From: Octopus sinensis
Taxonomy: Eukaryota
Direction: 5' to 3'
NCBI RefSeq assembly: GCF_006345805.1
Contig: NC_043016.1
Location: forward strand, 22,320,001 to 22,384,000
Length of the DNA: 64,000 nt
A program made the translations under genes and the position numbers. Below the pieces are notes generated by a model that searched no databases, was not told where the DNA came from, and saw nothing but the letters and a program-made list of their open reading frames with translations. The first letter of the stretch is position 1, and each line of letters starts with the position of its first letter. Below are positions 24,927-36,720 of this stretch, piece after piece.

Positions 24927-25555
24927 AATATATATATATATCATCATCGTTTAACATCCGTCTTCCATGTTATATGTAAAAATATATATATGTATGTATA
25001 TCTATCTATAGATATGTATGGTCAAAAAGTATCGGGTCTGTTATGGTAAAGGCGAAGAGTTGCTTGGTGCTGACTGACCTTGAACTTTCTTGCATGTGCA
25101 CACTGTTATAACATTCTCACACACTTCCATTGTTTATAGGACAGGTTGGAAGTAGTGTGTAGAGTGTGGCGGTCTGAAAAAGATCATGTTTCAGATGCTT
25201 AGGATCTCCTCAGTTGTGTTGACGAAAACACAATCTTTTTGAAAATGGTGATAACAAGTGATGAATGATGGGTGTATGGTAATGACCCTGAAATCAAGAC
25301 TCAGTCTTTGCAATGGAAGACCCCAGAAACATTTCAATATGTTGAGGAAATCCAAGAGAATGTGCCATAGCATCTACTTGCTATACCAAGCAAAGAGTTC
25401 CAGAGGAATGCTTCCAACAATAGAAACTATATGTGTGGTTTCAGAAGGGTGCTACTTTGAAGGAGATTGCGGGCTGAATTGATATGTTGTAGTTCTCTTT
25501 TATGGCACCGGTCCTGATACTTTTTAAGCAGACTTCGTGTGTGTGTACCTATGTA

Positions 25556-25594
<39 letters not shown>

Positions 25595-28500
25595 TAATCC
25601 AAACATGAAAACACACAGAGAAAACACAACGCGAGGACGTGGAACAAATATAGTATTATTGGACACTCAGGAAGGAAGGAATGAAGGAGGTTTTACGTTT
25701 CGAGTGGAGCTCTTCGTCAGAAACATAGGAAAAAGAAAGATCCAGAGAAGGGAAGAAGTCAGGCATGTTGAGAAGTAGTGAATGTCTGTGTTGGTGTAAG
25801 TGGTGGCGACACAAGTAGAAAAGTGGAAGTAGAAGAAAGTGGACAGACAAATTCATTTTGATTTCCAATCATGATTACAGTGGCGTACTCCGGATGAATG
25901 GTAACAGTAATCCGTAGGTGTAAAAATCCAGGAATTGGTTATCCAAGGCAGTCGGAAGGCCGGGGTCCGTGCAAGTGTGCGGTATATAAAGTTAATCCAA
26001 ACATGAAAACACAACGTGAGGACGTGGAACAAATATAGTATTATTGGACGCTCAGGAAGGAAGGGAATATATATGCATGTATGTATACATATAATGTAAC
26101 AAACGAAGGAAAAAAATTCCATCAGTGGGGTTTAAAACATCCAGTTCATTGGTATATCAGTTGAATACCACAGGAATAGAGGTATAAATACAAAATGCAA
26201 ACAAATTAGAGAAACACAATTGACAATCTAACAATTTATTTATATTATAATGTACTATAAATAAGACAACAAAAAATTATTGATTAAACCAAAAAAATCA
26301 ACAATTTGTTTCAACTTATATACATTATTTGATTTATAAACAATTCATGTCCATGTATACAAGTCTCTTCAGGGTTTTGGCTGGCATTGACCATGTTCAG
26401 ATGATGCTTTTTACATGTCACTGGCACAGGGAGCCAGTCAGATGGCACTGGCAGTGACCCACGCATGAGTGGTGCTTATTGTGTACCACCTGCATGAGAG
26501 CCAGTCAAGCGGCACTGATATCGGCCACAACTACAATTTCCATTTGTAATTTAATTTTGATTTTACTTGACTCAGTAGGTCAAAGGTACTTTTTATATGA
26601 GCTGGTTATGTGACACTGGTAAAGGCTACGGCTGTGATCTCAATTTACTTGCTGGGTCTTCTTGATCACAGCATATCTCCAGAGGTCTCGGTCTTTCATC
26701 ATTGCCTCCTTGAGGCCCAAAAGTCGAAGGTCATGCTTCACCACCTCATCCCATGTCTTCCGGGGTCTCCCTCTTCCACAGGTTTCTTGCACACCACATC
26801 TGATGCTTCTTATGTCCAACATTTCTGTCAGGGCGTTTACACTCTGTCATGTATGCACACCAACATTACACATTCAGCGGATCATAGTAGCTTCATTTCT
26901 TTCAAGCCTGCGCATGTCTTCAGTAGTCACGGCCTATGTTTCACTGCTGTGTGAAGCATGGCAGTTTGCAACATGTGCATCATACAATCTACCTTTCACT
27001 TTGAGCAAGAGGCTCTTATTCACCAGTAGAGGTAGGAGCTTTCTAAACTTTGCCCAGGCTATTCTTTTTCTAGTGTCAACGCTCTCCGAGCATCCACCAC
27101 CACTACCGATTTTGTCACCTAGGTAGCAGAAGCTATATACTACTTCTAATTTCTCCCCCTGGCATGTGATGGAATCTGTTTTCTGAGCATCTGCGGTGTT
27201 TATTGCCTCCGTGCATCTGCTGCACGCAAAAGCTATCATCCTGGTTAAACTTCCTTTGATGTTGCTGCACCTTATGTGTCCATAGCTTACACTCGAGCAG
27301 GACCGTCAACCTGAAGGAGTGTGTGATGTGTTCACCTTCCTACTTACTAGGACTTTGGTTTTTGCAACATTGAATCTATGACCCTTCGATTCTAAACATT
27401 GTTTCCACACCTGAAATTTCTTCTAGTTCTGGTAGTGATTCTGCTATGAGAGCAAGGTGATCAGCATACAGGATCTCCCAGGGGCAAACTGTCTTGAATT
27501 CCTCTGTTATTGCCTGGAGGACTATGATGAATAAGAGGGGGCTGAAGGCTGATACTTTGTGAACCCCTACTTCCACCTGGAATTCTTCACTATACTCATT
27601 GCCGACCCTTACCTTAGTAATGGCATCCCTGTACAGTTCTTATTAACCACTTGTAAATTTGTAGTTTCCGCATCGCCCACCAGATAAGTGACTGGGAGAT
27701 CCTGTCGAAGGCTTTCTCCAAATCAACAAAAGCCAACTAGGCTACTGGAGTTCTGTGATGCATGCAACATATTAACCTGCAACACTAACTTCAGGAAGCC
27801 AGACAGCCACCTGATAACCTATCAAACAGGTGACTGCTAGCCAGATTGATTTCATCCTCAGCAGGATGCAAGGTTGCTCTGATACAAAGACCCTCCCTGG
27901 TGAAGAACGTACCTCCCCCTCAGTATAGACTAGTTATTAGTGACTTTATACTTGAGGTTTATCTTTGGTTAGGTATTTTCTCTTGCAGTTGCCTTACCAG
28001 GAATATAGCATCAGTGGTATTTCTCACTGGCACAAAACCAAACTGCATCTCATCTAAGTGGACTCTCTCCCTAATTAGTTGGGCCATGACCCTCTCCGTG
28101 ATCTTCATCACCTGATCCAGCAGTTTGATATCCCTGTAGTTATTTCTATCTAAAGCATTACCTTTCCCTTTGTAGCAGTTGACTATGGTGCTGCTACGCC
28201 AGCCTCCCTTCTCGTACAGTTCCCTTCTACCTCCACTCTTCCAGGCTTGTTTCTTTGTTCTAATGGTCTTGTCTACCATATTATTCCACCACTACATTGC
28301 TCTAGGTCTGGAAAGGACTTTGCACCAGCTGCAGATTTGGTCTGTAGCGCTTAGTAAGCTGTACCGTAGGAATTTCCAGTTACTCTCTATGTCCGAAGTC
28401 TGTAGCTCCTCCTCTCTCTTATCAGATTTCTCAATGAGGATGTCCCCAAATCTGACCATCTGAAGGGTTCTTTAGCTTCCAAATCCTTCTTTTCTAGATT

Positions 28501-31500
28501 GGTCTGCCTCTTGGCATTTATCTGGCCTCGAGTCTAAAGTTACTAATAACTAGTCTATGTGAGGGGTACATTCTTCACCAGGGAGTGTCTTTGTATTTAA
28601 GAGCAACCTTGCATCCCGCTGTTTGAAATCAATCTGGCTAGCAGGGTTACCTGTTTGATAGGTTATCAGGTGGCTGTCTGGCTTCTTGAAGTTAGTGTTG
28701 CAGATTAATAGGTTGCATGCATCACAGAACTCCAGTAGCCTAGTTTCTTCATCATTTCGAGAATTGATTCCATTGTCCCCATGAACATCATGGAAGATAC
28801 TGGATTGCTGTCTCACATGTCCATTAAAATCTCCAACTGCAAAGATGAGGTCATTGCCACTCATCTTTGAGGTAGCCTGTAGAAAGGTATCATAAAAGTG
28901 GTCCTTCTGATCGTTTAGTATGCCCACATGTGGGGCATAGGCAGAGATAATTGTAGCTATACTATTCTGCAGAACTAGGCTGAGCTTAAGCACTGTATTG
29001 CGTACCCTGACTGCCTCTTTGACCTTATCCACCCATTTCTCTGCAAGTAGTATACCTACAACCCCTACTCCATCACTGTTACCTTCCTAGAAGATTTTAT
29101 ACCTATGAGCCTTGTCTGTGAGGACCCTGGCTGAAGCTCCTCTCCACCTTACCTCTTATATGCAGCACATCAATGTCTCCGTTCAAGCATCTCTACAATC
29201 TCACTAGACTTACCTTTTAGTGTGCCTATATTGACAGTGTCAACTCCGTAAACTGGGAAAGGAATGTGGTAGGAGGCAAGGGGAGGGGAGATGTTAATCA
29301 GTGTCTGAAAAGGTTTTCACGTTCGTTTGATTAGACATTCCACACCTGTTTTCACTTTATACCTGTCATCATTCAAACATTCAAGCGTGTTAAGATTGTT
29401 GCCCCTACAGGGGTTAGGAGTAGGTGTTAGCGGCATTGTAAATATAAGTATTATGGACATCGTAAAAATGTAAAACTAAGCATTACTGGTGTTGCAGTTA
29501 TAAGTAAATAAATAAATATAAAGGAGAATATGAATATTAATATGCCAATGTTAGATTAAGTAGGTGGGCAGCTAAGCTGGTTGCATTTGTCCTTGGGGAG
29601 AGAGGGAGAGGAAATTGCAGGTATGATAGAGGATGCCACCAGTGAGGGAGGGGGCTTCCAGTGAGAGAAGAGAGGAACAAGCATGCACATACAGCCCATT
29701 AGCTTTCTCTTTCCACTTCAATACGGGCATGGAAATTACCGAGTAATTTGTTGACAAATTTCGAGTCAAAACGAAAGATAGTTGATTAAATAGGTGGGCA
29801 GGTAAACTAGTTGCATTTGTTCTGGGAGAGAGAGGAGGAGGAAATTGCAGGTATGAATAGAAGATACCACCAGTGAGGGACGGGATTTCTGGTGGGAGAA
29901 GAGAGATATCTGGTATTGGTGGTAGAGGTGGGTGGGAATGGACGAGCACACCACAAATAAGCAAGGGTTAATTTAGAGAGGTGATACAGAAAATATGTAA
30001 CCAACTTGAGAACACAGGAGGGAAGGAGAGATTTCATTTAGAAAATTACATGAAGAATTTAGGAGAACGAAGGCTGAGACAGAAATTAGGAAGTTATATA
30101 TTGAAGAGTCAATTTATATAATTAGCTTATGAAAGTAGATATTAGTAAATAAAAACATATTAAAGTATTAATAGTGAATGAATGATTGAAAAGAGAGAAA
30201 ATCTTAGCTTAGCAGTGTATAACTGGGTGTTGGAGAACCATTTATGTTGGAATGAGATGTGTGAAAAACAGGGAGGAAGCATGTATAATTTGAAACAAAT
30301 TGTAGGCTTTTTTGGTTTTTTAATAATTTTTTAATGTTTTATCTTCATCATTTAATGCCTGTGTTCCATACTAGCATGGGTGGGATGGTACCGCAAGAGC
30401 CAGCCAGGCCAAAGCCTGCACCGACTTCTGTGACTGTTTTGGTAAGATTTTTACAGCTAGATGCCCTTCCTAACACCAACCACTCAGCAGAGTGGATTTA
30501 GTGCTTTTTATGTGGCACAAGCACAGGCAAGGTTCTTACAGCTGGATGCCCTTCCAAATACCTACCACTTTACAGTGTGGACCAGGTGTTTTTAGGTGGC
30601 ACCAGCACTGACAGGGCCCAAGTACTTGCAAGACAAAAACACTTAAGAGGGCAGGAGGTGATGGTTTGACAGATACAGGTGTCTTGCTATAGAGGAAGTA
30701 CAAGGTTACCTGGCTGGAGAGAAAAAGATCAGGAATGAAGACAAACAGGTGTGCTACCACAAAGAAAATACACAGTTGCCCAACCTGAGGGAAGTGCAGG
30801 AGAAAGAGAGAGTAGGAGGCTGCAGGATGGAGATGGTGGTAAAATGCTGGGCATACTCACAAGGAACGGGGATCAAAGTATAAATGAGATGTTTGAGTAA
30901 AAGAAAAGAGAGATTTAGATAGTGGCAAGTACCAGGGCATACCCTTGAGGTTCAAATGCCATAATATAAGTGGCAGGATATTGCGAAGGGAGTGCGAGTT
31001 AGTCGCAAAAGACCTGGGTGTATATAGAGTTGGAGGAGCCACCAGATAGCAATGATACAGAGGAACGGGGGAGTGAGACCTAGGCATAGTGAATGAAGGA
31101 GGAAATGTGAGAAAGAAGAGATGTAGATTGGTTTATTGATGTGGGTGGAACACCTAGGCTGGGGGTTAGGATGGCAATAATAGAGTGAGACAAGGCATGT
31201 GGGTAGAACAGGTCGGGGGCAAGCAGAGAGCAATGATACAGTGGCACTGGGCTAAGAGGACAAGATTCGGGTGTATGAGGTAATCATAGTACATGAAGTG
31301 GAAATGTGAGGAAGAAAAGAAATGTAGAGACGTACTTTGGTTTGTTGAGATTGTGTGAGAAGTTTTTTTAAGTGGGGGGGATGCACAGCACTTCTAGAGC
31401 CCAGAACTTCAGGTCGCCAGACATCTTGGTCCATGGTCATTTCTTTTGTGGAGTCCAACCTACTGAGATCAGTCCTTACCACTTTATTCTATGTCTCCCT

Positions 31501-33677
31501 CTTCCACAGGTACCATCCACTTTCAGTGATTGGCACTTCTTTATGCAGCTGTCCTCATTCATACGCATCACATGTCCAAACCAACCTAGTCTTCTCTCTT
31601 GCATGCTACATTTGATTCCTCTTATGCCTAACTTTTCTCTCAATACATTTGCACTGATGTTGCACATCCAATGGAGCTTACTGCCTTCATTTCTCTCCAG
31701 TCTACACATGTCTTCAGCATTCAGAGCCCATGTCTCACTTACCATAGTCTACCTTTCATTCAGAGAGAGGCCTTTTACCAACAGAGGTAATAACTCTCTG
31801 AACTTCCTCTACCCAATTCTTGTTCTAGAAACAATACTGTCAGAGCATCTGCCACCATTGCTAATTTGGTCACCTAGTTAACAGAAACTATCTACAAATT
31901 CAAGAGAGTCTCCTGAGCATCTGAGAGAATCTAATTCCTGTGTGCTCTTGTCAGATTGTCAATTGTATTTTTCTATTTAATTTGTTTGCATGTATACATG
32001 TATGTATAATTATGTGTACATGCATGTGTGTGTGTGTCTTTATGTCTGTGTTTGTCCTCCACTGCTCCTTGACAACCAATATTGTGTTTATGTCTTTGTA
32101 ACTTTGTGGTTCAGCAAAAGAGACTGATGGGATAAGTAATAGGCTTCAAAGAATAAGTACTGGAGTTGATTCATTTGATAAAAATTTCCTCAAGGCAGAG
32201 CCCCTGCATAGCCAAAGTCTAATCATTGAAACAAGAAAAATAAATGCTATAATAGTGCACTTGTTAAGATAATGTCGATTTGATGGAGAGAGAGAGAGCT
32301 AATGTCTGGCATGAACATTTGATCACAAAGAAGCCAAACATGAAGATGCAGGCACAAGCAAGCTGAGGATGGCTGTAGGCCCAAGGTAGAACAAAACCAA
32401 AAAGAAATAGAACTTGAGAAGACAAAGGTTTTTAAAAAAAAAAGTCTACAAGTTTATGCAAAGGTTACTTGTTGGCGTGGGGGACATTGTGACAGGCTGT
32501 AGATTTGCTCATCCCAAATCCAGTGTGAGCAGTATTCGTTTTGCTAATGTCATGGCCTGGAAGACCTGTCCCCAAGGTTACAAAATATGATGTTTCCACC
32601 ATGAAGATATGTGGATGGTGCACACGTTGCTCCCAATAGCAGCTGCTGAACTATGATCTTTTTTGGGAAATGGCACAGTATTGTAAAGTAGCAGACCTGG
32701 TTTTATGAGACATTAAATCTGAGAAACATGTACTAGCACTCGAGACCGTTGCAAACAACAACAGTTCCAGGGTGGTCACCTCTCACCCTGAGTGTCACAT
32801 CAGTATTCCTGCTGAATATTGGGCCTTGTAATGTCCCGCCAATGCTGTGCCACTCAAACTCAGTCTATGACACTCTGGTGGTACACATTAATCAGATGAA
32901 AAGGTAATGTGTGTTACATATTGTCCACCAGATACTCCAAATTTTGGGGACTCAAATATTAACCAACGTAGATGACAGCCATCACATATGTCTAAGGGAC
33001 TTCAACTTCCCTAATGTTGAATAGAGCAAATAATGCTTCACTCAACAAGGGGTAAAAAGCTCTGGATCTTTACTTCATAAATGATACAATGCTCTTCCAT
33101 AATGTTAAAATGACACCAGTGATTCTCTTGTACCATAACTTAATAGAACTAACAATGTATGGCCTGCAGACACATTGTCAAATTAATAGCAGAAGTTAAG
33201 GCAGTTCAGTGGTGCTACACTAGGAAGATTGCATCAATAGAGCAGTAGAGCTGTTGGAAGAGAATGGAAGTGCTACAACTTTACTCACTGGATTGAAGAT
33301 GGGAGAGGTATGCAGTGATATACGAATGGAAGATCTTGGAGGGGTTGGCACCAAACTTTGGTATTGGGAGCTAGCCAGCTCATGAACTGGATATCACTGC
33401 ACTGTTCAAAGGCTCACAGCTATTTACTATCTTGCCAGAACATCTGAGGGATCTACACTGAATAAGGGTAGATGCTTTCAAGAAGCAATTTGACCTTCTG
33501 CTGTCCAAGGTCCCAGATGAAAGTACATCACAGCAAGAAACTCAAGAGAAGGCAGCAATATTAAACTCCCACTTTCACCAAAGGCCAATCGCATAAGAAT
33601 AGCTATTAAAAAGATAATTACAATGGGTGCCACAGTATGGCCACATCATTTGGGCTGAAATGCACGAAAGAATAAAA

Positions 33678-33723
<46 letters not shown>

Positions 33724-34727
33724 ACATGTATGCATATATGTATGTTTTTATATATACATTTATGTGTGTGTGTGTATTTGAGGTGTATTCTGTTAGGAAC
33801 ATAGTAGAATACAAAATAGAGCTTGTTCACCCTTAGAATTACCAAATAGCTGGTAGTATTATGGTATACTTCCAAGTCTAGGTTTAGGCATTCATCGTGT
33901 GTGAAAATAAAATTGAATAAAATAGTCAACAAGAGGGAGTATGGTTAGGCACTTATTTAATAATCACTATACATGTTTCCATACAACATAGATCCACATA
34001 TATACTGGATTTAAATTATGCAACAGTTTACCTGTATAAAGGGATGCTGTTGTATTTTTTAAGGTGTAATACAATTGCTATCCCTGTTAGTTACAAAACC
34101 TTCGACTTTGATGTAGCACATCCATCTACTCCATTTGAATCTCAAGGGAAATTACAAGCCCTCTGCTGTCAGCTAGTTTGGGCTCACATGCTGCGGCAGT
34201 GATACTTTGGACTAAAAGGAGCAGCAGTCCCAGAACCAAGTACAGTGTGTGATATGGGGATTGATATGTGCAACAATGCCTTGATCATGTACATATCACC
34301 AAGAAGGTTAAATTGTTTCTTGGAAATCTCTACTGAGGCAGATGGATGGCAGAAGGCTTGTAATTTCCCATGAGATTCAAATGGGGTAGATGGATGTGTT
34401 ACATCAAAGTCGAAGGTTTTGTAACTAACACAGACAGCAATTGAATATCACCTAAAGTAATACAACTGGATCTCATTATACAGGTAAACTGTTGCATAAT
34501 CAAATACCTGTATATATGAAGAACTATGTTGTATGGAAACATTTGTTTAACCGTATCCCCTTTTATTGACTCTTTCTTAATCAGTTTTATACATATATGT
34601 AGTATCTCATCATCGCAATACATATTGATACATGATAAGTATATATTTATGTACATAACTGTATATATATATATTTATGTATATTTATATGTATACCTAT
34701 GTGTGTGTATATATATATATATATATA

Positions 34728-34800
<73 letters not shown>

Positions 34801-36211
34801 TATAATTATGTATATCATTCAACCATGGTAGTGGTTGAATATATTAAGTCACCACTTCACCACTAATTCAGTTCTCAACTAAATTTCAAACTGTTAATAG
34901 TTTTAAAGAGAATACCTCCTCAGCTACACTTTGGCATAAATAGTTTAAGATTTGTTTCAGTAGAAAAAAGAGTTACATCAAAATATCTGTGCCCTCAGCG
35001 GGGGCAGTAAGGCAGATATTCATCTTCAATTAACATCAATTTTAAAATTTTAAATTAAAAGAATACCTTTTGTAGGCTTAAATGATAGAAAAATGCATGA
35101 AGAATTCAGAATCGCTAGTCACATTGAACAAAAATTAGTAGAAAAAGAGTTATGAGATAAAATGTTACAAAATTTCATGTCAGGAAGTGAGGGAGTAACA
35201 CTTAAGCAATGAGAATAAAGAATATATTTCTAAAATGAATGTTTACTTTCTAAGGTGGCGAGCTGGCAGAAACGTTAGCATGCCGGGCGAAATGCCTAGC
35301 GGTATTTCATCTGCTGTTACATTCTGAGTTCAAATTCCGCTGAGTTCGACTTTGCCTTTCATCCTTTCGGGGTCGATAAATTAAGTACCAGTTATGCACT
35401 GGGGTCGATATAATCGACTTAATCTGTTTGTCCTTTCTGTGTTTAGCCCCTTGTGAGTAGTAAAGAAATACGTATTTCATCTGTCTTTACGTTTTTTGAG
35501 TTTAACTTTTGCCGAGGTCAGCTTTGACGTACAGATTATTTAAATTTTAAAAATCTAAACACTTGTCAAACTTCCGATACTGGTAGAATATGTAACATAA
35601 AAAGGGTTTATTCATAACGTTTTTGACAAAATTTGGTATTTTGTATCTGTCTTTACATTTGGATTTGTTGGTCTTTCGTTCTACTGCACCCCACACAAAG
35701 GAGTTAATGTGGTTGCAGACAGTACATGGCTTACTTTTACTCTAATCCTAACTTCCTCACTGACCACCTGGTCACGTAATGTGGAACCTTCTGTTAAGTC
35801 TACAAGTGCAAAGTTAAACCCAGTCAAGCTTTGTCACAAGGAAAATTGCATCAATAGTACTTCTTCATGGTACAAAACTAAACTGTATCTCATCCAGGCT
35901 AATTTTTTATCCTGTTCAATTAAACTACTTATGTGTGTGTGTGTGTGTATATATCTGGAGCCTAAAAGCTCTGTTGATTACATTGCAAGCTCCAGCCCCC
36001 TCCCCCCAATCATTTAATTCATACTGTTTGAATAGTTGAGATTCTTCACCTTCACTGTTATTGAAGTGTTCATCATCATTGCTATTTCTGCCTACTCAAA
36101 ACTCAAGTGTACGCCTTCATGGTTCCTTGGTGGGGATGTGACTGGAAGGTATGATCCATTGGCAACAAGTTGCAATGCAGAAGGGAGATTTGGATAAACA
36201 CTTTTATTTTA

Positions 36212-36272
<61 letters not shown>

Positions 36273-36274
36273 CT

Positions 36275-36327
<53 letters not shown>

Positions 36328-36689
36328 GGAATCCTAAAAGGGTAAAAACTTCTTTGTATATTTTATCCATTGTCTTCTTCAACATAGATTGAACAGGCTT
36401 TATGAGGAGCCCACTTCTTATCTTGGTCTTTCATACCAAAGTAGGCAAAGCAAGATTTTTTTGACAAATTTGGTAATATTTCTCAGATGCTTTTTAAATC
36501 ACAATCTTGCTTCAAATGTAACAAAAGTTGGCCAGGCTTATTTCCACAAGACATCCTTGCTTCAAATGATAAGGAGATTTGTAAGGGAGTGGACATTATT
36601 TACAGTATATGTTGATTTACCATCTAAATGTTTACATAATATTAAAGAAGCATTGAAATATAACATATACAATGAAACAATGTTTGTAG

Positions 36690-36720
<31 letters not shown>

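Noticed and set aside
29250-29450. HDV-like ribozyme at the 5' end of the RTE copy
   Set aside because: I looked for a nested double pseudoknot on the minus strand and found none by eye; the copy is old and may be truncated.
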